A DNA stretch of 64,000 bases from Felis catus (Eukaryota): NCBI RefSeq assembly GCF_018350175.1, contig NC_058383.1, positions 26,042,001-26,106,000 on the forward strand, in the 5' to 3' direction. The translations under genes were made by a program, and so were the position numbers. Positions 49,304 to 62,668 of the stretch are shown here, in pieces. Every line of letters begins with the position of its first letter. The first letter of the stretch is position 1. The notes beneath the pieces were generated by a model. That model saw only the letters and a list, made by a program, of their open reading frames with translations. It made no database searches and was not told where the DNA came from.

Positions 49304-49772
49304 CTGGGGTAGGGGCACAAAGCATGTGGTAGACAGTCACTCAACAAACACCTATGAGAAGGTCCCATCCTAGCAAAAACGGCCACTATTTCCAGAGCGT
49401 TAGAACGTGCCAGGCATGCGCTCAGCGTGTTTGCAAACGTTATCTCGTTTAATCTGACAGGCCACTCTTCCAGGTGAGTGCTATTATTCTCCTATTATTA
49501 TTCTCCTATATTATTCTCCTATATCCCAGGTTGCTGTTGAAGGTGACGTTCACAATAGCTATGCTGTCCAAATAACTCAGCAACCTCTTATACACCTTTG
49601 CATGCCCACCTGGTTTCTCTGCACCTAGACCAACCCAATTTCTATGGCTTTCAATGAAACAGCCCTGAATTTTGGTTCCTCTTCCCCTTGGGTACCTTTC
49701 ATCCCACTCTGCAAGGGGTACCTTTTTACCCCTTATCATGCCCATTTGTTGACTGCAATAAAGGCCTCTTAC

Positions 49773-49860
49773 CTGTGAAACGGAGTTCAGACACTGAGCA
49801 CAGCAGTTGAACTCAAGGATACGGTGGGATTGCTTACTTTTCTCTTTGTCAACCATTTTC
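49773..49860 (-). CDS. TMC5: TMC5 coding exon (88 nt)
   Basis: ccccacag| KMVDKEKSKQSHRILEFNCCAQCLNSVSQ |gtaaga. Confidence 0.93.
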
Positions 49861-50332
49861 CTGTGGGGAATGCCAGAAGAAAGGGAGAGATACCAATGCC
49901 GTAATCACTGCATTCCCCAAATATTTACTGAGTGTCTATGGTGTACTAGGCACAACCCAGGTAGTGAGACAAAGAGAATGATTTCCCTGCCTCATGGAGA
50001 AGATATCCTAGTTGGAACGGAAAGACAATAAAGAAACGGTGATTTATACTATGGAGAGAAAAAGGGAAATAGAACAGGATAAGGCGATGGGAAATACTGG
50101 GATGGGAACTGTGTTATAATTTGAAATAGCATGATATTTGAGCAAAATCTTGAAGGAGGGGAGGGGTTAGTTGTATGGATAAGGGACTGCTCCGTGGCAG
50201 AGGGAACAGCCAACATGAGACCCCCAAGGAGGCCAGGATGGCTGGAATGGAAACAGCAGGGGGAAGGGCAGAGGGTACGAGTGATAACTGTTGCAGGGGG
50301 AGGCGGAAGGGTCCTATAAGTCATCACCCTTG

Positions 50333-50553
50333 AGTGGTTCTCAACCTAGGGAGATTTTGCCCCCAGGGAACAATTTGGCAAAGTCTGGAGACATTTTTGA
50401 TTGTCAAAAATCTAGGGGAGAGAGATTTGCTATGACCTCTAGTGGGTAGAGACCAGAGATGTGCTAAACCCCCTACAATAAACTGGACAGTCCCCCACAA
50501 CAGAGAATGATCCATCCTCCAATATCAGGCATACTGGGGTTGAAAAATCCTGC
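50333..50553. mobile_element. MER20-like hAT DNA transposon relic
   Basis: agtggttctcaacc..gattttgcccccaggg..atttggca..tctggagacatttttg ... gttgaaaaatcctg. Confidence 0.75.
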
Positions 50554-51555
50554 TGTAAAGTCTTTGGGGCCCTCACAAGGCCCTTATTCCATGACAGAGG
50601 CAGGCATGCAGAGTTTGAAATGGAAGACTGTAGGGGTGCCTGGGTGGCTCAGTCAGTTAAGTATCTGACTTCGGCTCAGGTCATGACCTCAAGGTTGGTG
50701 AGTTCAAGCCCCGTGCTAGGCTCTCTGCTGTCAGTGCAGAGCCTCCTTTGGATCCTCGGTCTCCCTCTCTCTCTGCCCCTCCCCTGCTTGTGTGTGCACA
50801 CATGCACACTCTCTCTCTCAAAAATAAAATAAAAACATTAGAAATGGAAGAGTGTTTTTAAAAGATCCAGCCACAGTTGGCATCTTTACCTTTCCATGAA
50901 TTCATCACAGCTACTTTGCTCTGGTCCTTTCCTAGTTTTCTTTATCCACCCAAATGCCCATCCCCACACCATCATCTCCACAGCCTGGTCAACATGGCCT
51001 CCTGCTTTGCCCAGGCAGCCTGTATCACTCCAGCTAGTCCTGTCACTGCATTCTCCTCTACCTTGACTTGGCCTGATTTCCTCTTTCTCATGTGTACGTT
51101 TCTTGTTGACAAATTCATCTCCGCTGTCAGACTTTGCAAGTTATCTTTGCAACCCCAGAACAAATGCATTATTGACTTATTTATTAGCAATCGTTGCATC
51201 CACTCTCCTAGTTTCTGCCAAGATGACAAGTTGCAAAAGAAAAAGGCCGTGGGGCACCTGGGTGGCTCAGCCGGTTAAGCAGGCGACATCAGCTCAGGTC
51301 ACAAACGTGAGTTTGAGCCCCACATTGGGCTCTGTGCTGACAGCGCAGAGCCTGCTTCCGATCCTCTGTCTCCCTCTCTCTCTCTCTCTGCCCCTCTCCG
51401 GCTCACATACTCTTTCTCTCTCTTAAAAATAAACATAAAAAAAAAGAAAAAGGCTGAAGAACAGTAAATGTGAAGTAGTCTGAAGCCTAAAACAGCCCTC
51501 ACTCTTTCACTCTTGTTTTTTTTTTTAATTCTTAGCCTTAGGAAGCTTTTGAGGT

Positions 51556-51604
51556 CTCCTCCTCCTCCTCCTCCTCCTCCTCCTCCTCCTCCTCCTCCTC
51601 CTCC
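51556..51604. repeat. (CCT)n trinucleotide microsatellite, about 16 units
   Basis: Directly visible. Confidence 0.97.
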
Positions 51605-52741
51605 TTTTTGTAAACTTTGAATTTTAGAGTAATTCAAGATTTGTAGAAAAGTTGAAAAAACTACAGAAAATTCCTATACGCTACTCACCATTTTCTCCTA
51701 TTAGCATCTTACATTTCCGTCATAGTTTGTCAAAATTAGAAACCAATGTTAGCATACTACAATTACCTAAACTTCACACGATTCTGATTTCACTCATTCT
51801 TCCATGAATGCTGTGTTCTATTCCAGGATCCCATGCCACATTGCATTTAGTTGTCATGTCTCTTTAGGATCCTCTAGTCTGCTTGATTTGGCTCAGGTCA
51901 TGATCCCAGGATCGTGGGATCAAACCCCAAGTCAGGCTCCATGCTGAGTGTGGAGCCTGCTGAAGATTCTCTCTCTCTCCTTCTGCCCCTCCCCCACTCA
52001 TGCTCACTCTAAAATAAAAAAAATTAAAAATTTTTGAAATTAAAAAAAAAGAATCCTCTAGTCTCTGACAATTTTTCAGACTTTTTTTTTTTTTAAGTTT
52101 ACTTATTTACTTTGAGAGACAAAGAGAGATGGGGAAGGGCAGAGAGAGAGAGAATTCCAAGCAGACTCCACACAGCGTGGAGCCCGATGCAGGGGCTCAG
52201 ACTCATGAACCATGAGATCATGACCTGAGTCGAAATGTAGAGTCAGATGCTTCATTGACTGAGCCACCGGGGTGCCTCAGACTTCCCTTATTTTTAATGA
52301 CTTTGACAATTTTGAGGCGTACTGGTCAGGTATTTTGCAGAATGTCCCTCTATTAGGGGTTGCCTGATTTTTTCCTCTGGTGACACTGGGGTTACAGTCT
52401 TTAGGAGAGAATACCACAGAGGGAATGTGCTCTTCTGACCACATATCTCTGGCAATGCTAACCTTGATGGCCTGGCTGAAGGGCAGTGTAAACTAGACCT
52501 CAACACTGGAACGTTTCTCTCCCTTGCTTTTCATACTCCACCCTTTCAAATCACATCACTAAGCATAGCCTGCTCTCCTGCTGAGAGGACAGAGGAGTAT
52601 CTATACAGATTATTTGGAATTCTTCTGTAGCAAGACCGTCCTTTCTCTTGAATTTATTTCTTATCTTTCTGAGATGGGGCAAAAGTAGAAGACTGAGGTT
52701 CACATGAAATCTGGGAAAGAAGAAAAGCTTTGGGTCCATAC

Positions 52742-52841
52742 TTAAGGTTCCTTTTCTCTTCCATGGTTCTTGGCTGACTCCTGATGGCTTTAATTCTGTC
52801 TCTAGAGGTCATTGGTATCAAAGATGCGATTAACTTTTGTC
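52742..52841 (-). CDS. TMC5: TMC5 first exon shared by both isoforms (100 nt)
   Basis: cctccacag| (G)QKLIASLIPMTSRDRIKAIRSQPRTMEEKRNL |gtatgg; phase-1 start compatible with both upstream exons. Confidence 0.94.
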
Positions 52842-54604
52842 CTGTGGAGGAAAATAAATGGAGTTTCAGTCTGTTTCTTTCACAGAATATCAGCATTTCA
52901 AAAGATAGCACTGAACTTAGAGCATGTTTCTTTAAGGGCATAAGGAAAGAATATATGGACTCAATGATCTCAAAAGCCGGAAATGAAAAAAAATGGCAAC
53001 ATGGCGTATTTCTCAAAGTCAAAGCAAATGATAATGTTTGCATGCAACATTTGATATTTTCCTTTTTTTCAATGACAAGAAATATCCAATGAAGCCAACA
53101 AGCCCCTGCACATCTGGTCAGGCTCACTGTCCTCCCTCACTTGATTGCCTGCACCATTTTCTCTTGACCCCTGTACTCTAGGCCCAGGCATCTTATTTAC
53201 ATTAAAAAAATTTTTTTTAATGTTTATTCATTTTTGAGAGAGAGAGAGCACAAGAGCAGGGAGAGGGGCGGGGGGGGGGGGGAGGGAGACACAGAATGTG
53301 AATGTGAAGCAGGCTCCAGGCTCCGAGCTGTCAGCACAGAGCCCTATGCGGGGCCCAGGCTCATGGACCTAGAGATCATGACCTGAGCCGGAGTCAGACG
53401 CTTAATGGACTGAGCATTATCTTCTTTACATTTCTTGACTGTTGTCATATATGCTCTTCTGCCTCCTGGAACGAGTCCCCCATCTTCTCAGTATCATCAG
53501 ATACTGCTGGCCATCTACCCAAGTTATCTCTCCTTTTTAAAAGAATACTGATTTTGTTTGGGCATCTACCCCCTCTTTCCCAAGGCCCTGAGCTTCTGCA
53601 GGGTGGGACCCATCTTCAGGCACAGGGCATGAGTCCCATGCGTCCAAACTGATTGTTGCAGGTGACTGATTTAGGCATGAGCATGTAACAAGATGTTGGC
53701 CAATGTTCTGCGATGCATGGTCTGCTGAGGAGTTTCTTGGAAAAGGCTTCTTCCTTCTCAAAAAAGAAAAAACAAAAACAAGAAAAAGACAGATTCTTCT
53801 TCCTCTGGATGTTGTTGTGGCCACATGTGAAGCCTGGAACTGCTGTCACCATCTTGTAACAATGAGGAAGCCAGTTGGGGGACTACCACTGGGGTAACAA
53901 CAGAATGGTCTGGCTCCCTGGTTGAGTTATGGAGCTGGAACTCCACAATTGACCTAGTTGGGGTGAAAAGGAAATCCCCAAAAGAGGGCCACCAACTCAC
54001 TCTGCTGAAGACAAGGAATTTTTGTCTCTCCTGAGAGGGATGGGGGGCTAGACAGAGAGGAAGAAAGGACTAGGAGGAGGAGGAAAGAAGACAGCGATGT
54101 GGGGAGACAGCAGCATGAGAGGAGACACCCCAGTCTTCAATAAAGGGGCTAAACCCACAAAATGCTTTAGTGAGAATGGATTTTTTCCCCTCTTAGAAAT
54201 CACTGACAATGCCTGGACTTCATGACTGGAGCATTATGAGATGAAACAGACACAAGCAGCTGAGAAACCACTGTTTGGCCTCAGGAGCAGAAAGGCAGGG
54301 AGACAGTATCAGCTAAGACCTGGTGTCATGGCGGACTTGGCAATAAGGGCCATCCTATGTTGCCAAATCTAGGGTGGGGAGGAAATGGACTAAAGCAGGA
54401 CAGCAGTTAAGGCATCAGGCCAGACAGACCTGTATTTGGGCCCTGGTTCTGCCAGGTCATTTAATTCCTCATCAAGCAAATGGAAGCGACAAACGTGCCA
54501 GCCTCAAAGTGTGGGGAATAAGTAAAACTAAATTTGATGGAAAAAAAAGGAAGTGCTTGGCAGACCGCCAGGCACAGAAAGTGAGCTTGGGGGCGGAGGG
54601 GGCG

Positions 54605-54805
54605 GGGCTGCCTGAGTGGCTCAGTCAGTTGAGCGTCTGACTTCAGCTTATGCCATGGTCTTGCAGTTCTTGAGTTTGAGTCCCACATTGGGCTTGTTGC
54701 TGTCTGCACGGAGCCAGCTTCGGATCCTCTGTTCCCCTCTCTCTGCTTCTCCCCCACTTGTGCTCTCTCAAAAATAAGTAAACTTTAAAAAAAATAAGAA
54801 GAAAG
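54605..54805 (+). mobile_element. CAN-SINE
   Basis: SINE structure; near-duplication agaaa(g/a)tgagcttgg. Confidence 0.88.
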
Positions 54806-54995
54806 AAAATGAGCTTGGTCATGGTAAACTCCTTTTTAGGTGTTAGATGCTCCCAAAGTGACCCCTTCCTGGGTCCATCCGTAGCGATCATCCACCAAAC
54901 TTCAACCTACTTCATGTCTTAAAAGTAAAAAACCTTGTGGACAGCTTGGAGGCCTTCCTCACGCCTTTCCTAACTCCTTTCCCCCAGTGTCTCAC

Positions 54996-55275
54996 CACCT
55001 TGAATGTTTTCATGTGAAGTGTCTATGCCCACACTTCCTGGGCTACGATGAAGGGTCTGAAGAAATGATTCATTCAAAGATGTGGAAAACCTCAACAACT
55101 GCTTGCTCTTTTTGTCATCTGGGTTGCCAAAACTCTGAGAGTCTGTCACATCGATGTCAGAAATGGATGAGACCATGCTGAAGCTCGAGTTCACTGGTGT
55201 CTTTTCTGGAACAACCCGAGATGGAACATTCTCTGCCTCGACGATGATTTCATTCAGTTGGTCATCAGAAAACAT
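54996..55275 (-). CDS. TMC5: TMC5 alternative first coding exon (short isoform N-terminus)
   Basis: gagATG with an in-frame TGA about 18 codons upstream; MFSDDQLNEIIVEAENV...LRFSTSLNES...SHENIQG resembles the recalled human short-isoform start MLSDDHVNEII; phase-1 donor after 54996 (gtgaga) or after 54999 (gtggtg). Confidence 0.85.
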
Positions 55276-55740
55276 CTCTTGCCTCCTCCAAGGCTTGTTC
55301 TCCCCTGGAGTGGCCTTCCAGAGACCTCACAGAGCAGTCACACTGACATCGTCAGGAGCCACCACCAGGAAAGATGATGATGATCACAGAGGGATGCCCC
55401 ATTCACACTTTTTAAAAGACAAGGATGAGATTGCCAAAGCCAGTCCTACACAAATCATAACATAACTCCCTACATCTGCAGAGGGGTCTCCTCATAAAGA
55501 GGTGTGTTTTCCTGTAGGACTTCTGTCTTGGTAACCAGGTAAGAAATTGGAAACAGAATCCTTCATTAAAGACAATAGGGTTCTAGAAACAGAAGGCAGA
55601 GATTCTCCTAAGTGACTCATAATCAAAGGGCAAGATTTTCCTTTTTTAATTTGGTGCCCCGGCCTAAAACTTATATTTTATATGTATATAATTTTACCTG
55701 CCTATATAAATCCAGACAGGTTTACAGTAACACAATTAAT

Positions 55741-55912
55741 GGGGCACCTGGGTGGCTCAGTCATTTGAGTGTCTGACTCTTGATTTCTGCTCAGGTTGTG
55801 GAATTGAGCCCTGTGTGGGGCTCTGTGCTGAGCATGGAGCCTGCTTGGGATTCTCTCTTTCTCTCTCTCTGCCCCTCTCCCCTGCTCATGCATGCACTCT
55901 CTCTCAAAAAAA
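55741..55912 (+). mobile_element. CAN-SINE
   Basis: Head, CT tract and A tail. Confidence 0.88.
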
Positions 55913-58030
55913 AATTTATAGTAATATAATTATTATCTCCTGACTGCCTTGGGTAGCCAACCCTGCCATTTGTCTGCCTCCTCATATCCGCCCTCCATTT
56001 TTCCCATACCCCCAGAAGCCACCTTTCCTGTGTAGGCGCTGTGCTCAGTTAAAATTCTCCTGGCTTCCTTTGTGGTTAAAGATGGACTTGTAACCCCATT
56101 CTGGCCAGTGAGTCATAGAGCTCCAGGAATGCTTTTCAAAAGGTGACAGTCTGCCTAGTTTCACCTTTCACCTTTCACCATTTTTCCTTCTTCCTCACCA
56201 GAGGCCACCATTTTGAAAACAAGAGGACAAATGCTCACCTGAGAAGGATGGTGGAGAAAGAAGGTATAGAAAGAGCTCAGTCCTTGAGAGCATCCTGACA
56301 GAGCTGCCACACAAACTGTGAACCCCTCCCCTCCACACTTCTTGTTACATGAAAAAAAATTGCTAAGCCGTGCCATGTCAGAACAAGGCACTTGAACACG
56401 ATTTTTACCCAATAGACCTGATTTGGAAATCACCTCGGCCAAGTTGTTTATTTAATAGTTGGGGAGACTGAGGTGCACAGAAATGAGTGCACCCCCCACC
56501 CTGACTGCCCTCTTCATCACACTTTCATTAAATGAAAGAATTGGACCGGAACTCTATTCCTCCTCCCCACCAATGATAATTAACAGTAAGAATACCTGCC
56601 ATTACTGCAGGCCCAGTACTTAAATAGAGTATATAATTTAATTTTCATAATCACCCTATGCAGTATATACAACGATAAACCCCTTTTATAGCTATGAAAA
56701 CTGAAGCCCAAAGATGTAATTTGCCTAAGGTTACAAAACAAGCAGGTAGTAGAACTGAAGGTCAAACCCAGGTCCATCTAGACCCAAAGCAGGGCATCTT
56801 AATCACTTCGCCCTGGCCCCTTCCTGTAACAAGATGCTGATGTATCATTTATTCGTTTATAAATAAATGAACATTTGTGAGTACCTACCACATGCTGGGT
56901 GCTTCCTGGGTGCAAAGCATAACCCATCAAAGTGATGTTTTATCAGGAGGCTGTCCACCAACTAATTTTATGTGGTTTGAGAATCCAAACCAATGCAAAG
57001 CAAAATGATGAAGAAAACCAGATTCATCTTTGGGTCCTCTATTTCTTTAAATCTCTCTGCCTTCTGGGACTCTTCTTTTACCAGAGGCCCCAACCTCAGG
57101 CTGGCTAGAAAGAGCAGGCCAGTGAAGTTACAAGCTATTCCTTTTCCCCAGTAGTTAAAGTCATTTTCTGCTCTAGTGGGAACCAAATGGAGAGTGTGAT
57201 TGTCTATGCCTCCATGGTTTTCCTCCCAAGTAGCCATACTCAATCCTCGAAGATATACCCCTCCTTGAGAAGGCTCCTAAAGAACGACACTAAATGCTGC
57301 CATATAGGATAGGGTGCCAGAAGGTGAGACATGGTTTTAGGTCATGAGGTCCCTGAATTCACATTATTGTACAGAGGATGCCATCGGTCTGTTTACTCCT
57401 TGTTGTTCACAGATTTGCCTCTTAGCATTCCCTGGCCTCTCTCTTCTTTTGTTTCCTTTTAGTTTCTCAGTGTCTGCCTCTGATCAGACCTTCATCACTG
57501 CACACAGTGATCCTTACAGAGCTTCCTAACCGATTTCATAGCATTCTGTCTTTCCCCAGTCCTACTGCTCCTACACTCTAGCATCATAATTATATGATTA
57601 TTCAGAAAATTTTTGATCAATGCAGACTCAGAGGCCCTTGTTCCTGTAACTCATTCACCAATTAACTTGACAAATAGCTCTGAGCATTTACTATACGCCA
57701 AGCTTTATACTAGGTCCTGGAAGGTAATTCTACCTTCAATTCTTTGTTTCTTCCCTGTCCTTCCCACCACACAAGCCGGTACATATACTTTGGGCCCATG
57801 TGAGTTGGGTTTCTGTCACATGAAACCAGAAGAGTCCTGATGAAGGTACCTTGATATCCAGGAGAGAAAAAAGCCTGCATATCTAAAAGGAAACCCTGTT
57901 ATAGTAAATTAAGCAAATACTGCATCAGTTGCCACACCAGTGGCCAAAAGGAAATGGCGATGTCTGTGTTGCCTTGAACACACTCCTCTCTAAGGTTGAT
58001 TTTTTTGATTACTATTCACTTAAGCCTTAC

Positions 58031-58120
58031 CTTGGGGTGACTTGTGCCAGTCACATCCAGACAATGGTGGGTTTCCATAAACTGGGCGGGGGTTACTTTC
58101 ACCCACAGAAGCAGGGTTCA
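58031..58120 (-). CDS. TMC5: TMC5 long-isoform coding exon (90 nt)
   Basis: cattccag| (V)NPASVGESNPRPVYGNPPLSGCDWHKSPQ(G) |gtaagg; matches recalled human VNPAYVGESGPVHAYGNPPLSECDWHKSPQG. Confidence 0.92.
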
Positions 58121-58344
58121 CTGGAATGAAGGGGCAGGAGACATCACCAATTAATCCCACCACACTAGATATTACTGAGTAGGATGGTCAGTAAGACCTC
58201 AACCTTGACCTCGAGATCCTGACAGACTAACGATTGAGTGCTTGGGTGGAAAATAGGACATAAATATGGAAGCGATGTTGTTAAGTACAAACAGCTTCGA
58301 TCAGTGGTTCTCATTTAAGTACAAGCCATGGTTAAAAATACTTG

Positions 58345-58770
58345 TTACAATGGAATATTATTCAGCCATAAAAATGAATGAAATCTTGCTATTTGCAACA
58401 ACACGGATGGATCTAGAGGGTATAAAGCTAAGTGAAATAAGTCAGGCAGAGAAAGACAAATACTGTATGGTTCTACTCATATGCAGAATGAATTTAAGAA
58501 AGAAACAAACAAGTAAAGGAAAATAAGAGATGGAGAGAGACAAACGAAAAAAGAGACTCTTAACTTTACAGAACAAACTGATGGTTACCAGGAGCCGGGG
58601 GCAGGGGGCAGGTGAAACAGGTGATGGGGATTAAGAGTACAACTATCACAATGAGCACTGAGTCATGTATAGAATTGCTGAATCACTATATTATACACCT
58701 GAAACTAATAATAACACTATATGTTAACTATAGTGGAATTAAAATTTTAAACTTGATAAAACTTTTAAAA
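58345..58770 (+). mobile_element. L1 3' end (5'-truncated, carnivore or L1MA-type)
   Basis: acaatggaatattattcagccataaaaatgaatgaaatcttgctatttgcaacaacacggatgga..ctaagtgaaataagtcag..gaaagacaaatac; tacacctgaaactaatataacac-like terminus. Confidence 0.88.
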
Positions 58771-58969
58771 ATTATTACACTAAGATCCAAGACATACCTA
58801 CACATATATGACCGAAAAATAAGTTTCACTAAACAATACTTTGCTGGACTACATAAAAGGCTCTCCAGTACATTCTCATTCCAGTCCATTCTTTTTCATT
58901 TCATTTTTCAGGATTAACTTCACAAGTTGTTAATGGGTTACAACTCAAGAGTTTGAAAAGTCCTTGTCT

Positions 58970-59300
58970 AGGGGGTTGGGACAAACGGACAGAGCAGAGG
59001 GTGTTTAGGGCACTGAAATTATTCTATATGATACTGTAATGGTGACATGTGTCATTATACATTTGTCCAAACTCAGAATTTACAGTGCCAAGAGTGAACT
59101 CTGATATAAACTGTGGACTCGAGGAGATAATGATGTGTCGTAGGTTCATCAGTTTTAAGACATTTACCACTCTGGTGGCAGATGTTGATAATGGGTGAAG
59201 TCTATGCACGTCAGGGAAAGCAGTTGTATGGGAAATCTCTGTACCTTTCCCTCAATCTTACTGTGAACCTAAAACTGCTCTAAGAAAAATTAAGACACAA
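58970..59300 (+). mobile_element. L1MC-like 3' fragment
   Basis: gtcattatacatttgtccaaac ... gtatgggaaatctctgtacc ... ctgtgaacctaaaactgctctaa. Confidence 0.75.
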
Positions 59301-59399
59301 AAATGAAACAAACTTGTCCAGATAATCACAGAAGTTCTTTCTATTTCTAGCATTTTATGATGAGGCATGAACAGATTTGAAATATGACATGATTTTCTT

Positions 59400-59609
59400 T
59401 TTATTTTTTTTAATGTTTATTTACTTATTTTGAGAGAGAGACTAAGCAGGAGGAGGGGCAGAGAGAGAGGAAGAGAGAGAGAATCCAAGCAGGCTCTGTG
59501 CTGTCAGCACAGAGCCCAATGCGGGGCTCGAACCCACAAATCATGAGACCATGACCTGAGACAAAATCAAGAGTTAGATGCTTAACCGACTGAGCCACCC
59601 AGGCATCCC
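59400..59609 (-). mobile_element. CAN-SINE
   Basis: SINE structure; near-duplication tatg(a/g)catgattttctt. Confidence 0.9.
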
Positions 59610-61946
59610 TATGGCATGATTTTCTTAGGGACCAAGTCTACTCTCAGCATCTACACGACAGTGTCATATTTCAGGATATTTTTGTTCAACCCACAGTAAA
59701 CATTACAAGATAAACTCAACAGAGAAAATGGAACACATTTTGATGTGAACAATGCACAAAATTACATTTCAGGAAGTTCTGAACTTCCTCCTGGGGATCA
59801 ATGCCCAGCTTTGTTTCCAGTTGATGCCCTCAGGCATGTTACCTAACCTCTCTGAGCTTCAATATCATGGTCTTTAAAACAGGAATAATGATGGGCCCTT
59901 CACATATCATTGTTGAGGGAATTGAATGAGTTAACACATGTAATGTGCTTAAAGTAATCCTGAGACATACCAAACTATACGTGTGTGTGTATGCATGTAT
60001 ATATATAGTAACTGTTGTAGTAGATCAACTGTTGTTCAGCAAATATTACACCACCACCACCCCTGGACAACACCATTGAAGTCGGGCTTGGTCATGTGAA
60101 TTTTATCTATGGAACAGGGTAGAAATGAAGGTGTGCCAGTTCCAACTGAAAACCTTGGAGATGTTGTGTTGTCTTTGCTCACCACTTTGAGCACTTCCAG
60201 CTTGTGCCATGGGACAACAGTGCCCCCAGGTGGCTCCCTGGTCCAAGAAGGGCACTAGGTTGTAGATACAGAATCCATGACCTGGAGTCAAGCACAGCCT
60301 AGTTCAATCAAACTCGAAGCAAACCCGCAGATGTGTGAGCAAGAAATATATGTTTCTTTATTGTACAACACTGTTTTTTTTCTTTCAGGTGTTTGTTATG
60401 CAGCATTACTGTGGCAATAGCTAACTGATACATCCCTTACCATTACTGCTACTATTAATTCAGTTTGCACTGCTTAAGCACCTACTGTGACTAGGCAACG
60501 TGACACTAGGAAAATCACCTAGAGCCTTAAAGAATACATAGATGAAGATCCTGAGTCTATCAGGATGGCACAGTACAGGGCAGGTGATTGCCAAGGGCTA
60601 CAATCTTGGTCCTACAAAGGAGTTCAGAAAAAGAAGTCACACTTGACTACTTTTTAAATTTATTTTTAAACATGAGTGGTCAGGAATCTTTTCGCATTTG
60701 CCTTGATCCTAACAAGTAGTAATATAGGATAAGTAAGAGTCAGGTTTTGGGTTAGAGAGACTGGCTCTTTCAATTTAGCAGCTGGGTGATCTTGCATTGA
60801 GCCTCTGAACCTCAGTTTTCCCTCTTTGATCAGTTTTCCCATCTATAAACAGGGAGATCAGTAGTGGCTATGTGAAATTTGGTTGTTCAGATTTAAACAA
60901 GACAATGAAAGTAAAGTGCTTTGCAGAGTCTTCAGGACATAGAAAACATTCAAAATCTCCTTGTCGTTATTAACTCCACTTGCTTTGGGGTAGGGCTGTG
61001 TTTCTAAATCTTTTTCATTATTGCCCCCCTAAGACTCCCTAAGGAGTCTATTTGGACATCTCTTCCCCCATTGCCCTGTCCCATGAAATTTTAATACTAC
61101 AGATATACTGTGTATCTGCTTATATATGTGTATCAGTGCTTCATACATAAAAAGAGGAAGACTTTTCTGGCCTTTCAAGAATAAATTTTACCCCCCTGGG
61201 ATTTATATTGTCTTCCTCCACCCCATTGAGAATGCATGGCATTCTGCATGGCATAACGGTTTGGAATAGCCCAAATGAATTGTTTTCTATGCAAACGTGT
61301 AACAGTCCAAGTTTCTCACCAATGCATGACAATGCATCCCATCCCCTCCTCTCGGCCAGCTTCAAACTCTTCCCCATCCACCCTCTCAGGTGTAATCAAT
61401 TCCCCATCTGTGCCAAGCAGCACTTGGGCCCCTCATTCTGTTCTTGGCTGAACACTCCTTCCCTTTTCAGGCCCCCATAGGCTCTAGATTTCTATAACAT
61501 TGACTCTCGTGTAATGACCTTGCTTCCTTCACAAGACAGCAAGTCCCTATTCCTCCTGGAAGATAAGAAATTTAGAGTTTCCTTTGCTTCCCAGAGCTAT
61601 ACCTTTAACACGTAGCAGATTCTGAGGGTTTGCATAGTCCGCTTGCTAATTTTGTGTGTGTGTAGTCTTGACAGGATGGTGTCACCCACCCACTTACGCT
61701 TTAAGTAACTTGAGGACAGAGCTGCCTCTTCGTCCCTTTGCCCCCGCAGTAGGTTCTGAAAACCCAAGTGATGACTGTCTGAATAGTTTAGGATGTGCTA
61801 AACTAAAGCTGGCCAGTGACAGCCACATAAACTAAATCTAGCCCACAAGTGATTTTGTTTGCCCAGTTCAGTGCTTTAATTTTTTTTTTTAATTTTTTGG
61901 AGCATGTAAAAATTGGGAGGTTTCACATAAAAATGCAGATTTCTTG

Positions 61947-62668
61947 GTGTGCTTGGGTAGCTCAGCTGGTTAAGTGTCTGACTCTTGGTGTTCATGTCAT
62001 GATCTCATGATTCGTGAGATCAAGTCCCATGTTGGGCTCTGTGCTGACAGCATGGAGACTGCTTAGGATTCTTTCTCCATCTCTCTCTCTGCCCCTCCCC
62101 TGCTTGCACTATCTCTATCTCTCTCAAAATAAGTAAATAAACATTTTTTTAAAAAACAGATTTCTTCCTTCTTTAGAAATATCTGAGGATCGGGGCGCCT
62201 GGGAGGCTCAGTCAGTTGAGTATGTGACTTCAGCTCAGGTCATGATCTCATGGTTCGTTAGTTTGAGGCCCGCATCGGGCTCTGTGCTGACAGCTCACAG
62301 CCTGGAGCCTGCTTCAGATGGTGCCTCCCTCTCTCTCAGCCCCTCCTCCACTTGTGCTGTCTCTGTCTCTGTCTCTCAAAAACAAACATTAAAAATTTTT
62401 TTAAAAGAAAAATCAATAATTATAAAAAAAAAAAAGAGGGGCGCCTGGGTGGCGCAGTCGGTTGGGCGTCCGACTTCAGCCAGGTCACGATCTCGCGGTC
62501 CGTGAGTTCAAGCCCCGCGTCAGGCTCTGGGCTGATGGCTCAGAGTCTGGAGCCTGTTTCCGATTCTGTGTCTCCCTCTCTCTCTGCCCCTCCCCCGTTC
62601 ATGCTCTGTCTCTCTCTGTCCCAAAAATAAATAAATGTTGAAAAAAAAAATTAAAAAAAAAAAAAAAA
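61947..62668 (+). mobile_element. Three CAN-SINEs (61947-62155, 62191-62435, young 62438-62668)
   Basis: Near-duplication gaaa(t/c)atctgaggat encloses the last two copies together, indicating nesting. Confidence 0.92.

Larger units (their letters stand above)
50633..53415. mobile_element. SINEs + 50633-50840, + 51251-51450, + 51880-52050, - 52082-52277, - 53205-53415, and a minus-strand old L1 relic at about 51610-52680
   Basis: SINE structures are visible; L1M-like motifs attgcatttagttgtcatgtctcttta and ggtcaggtattttgcagaatgtccctc. Confidence 0.8.

Noticed and set aside
51299..51637. Poly-Gly ORF
   Set aside because: (CCT)n repeat joined to an antisense SINE
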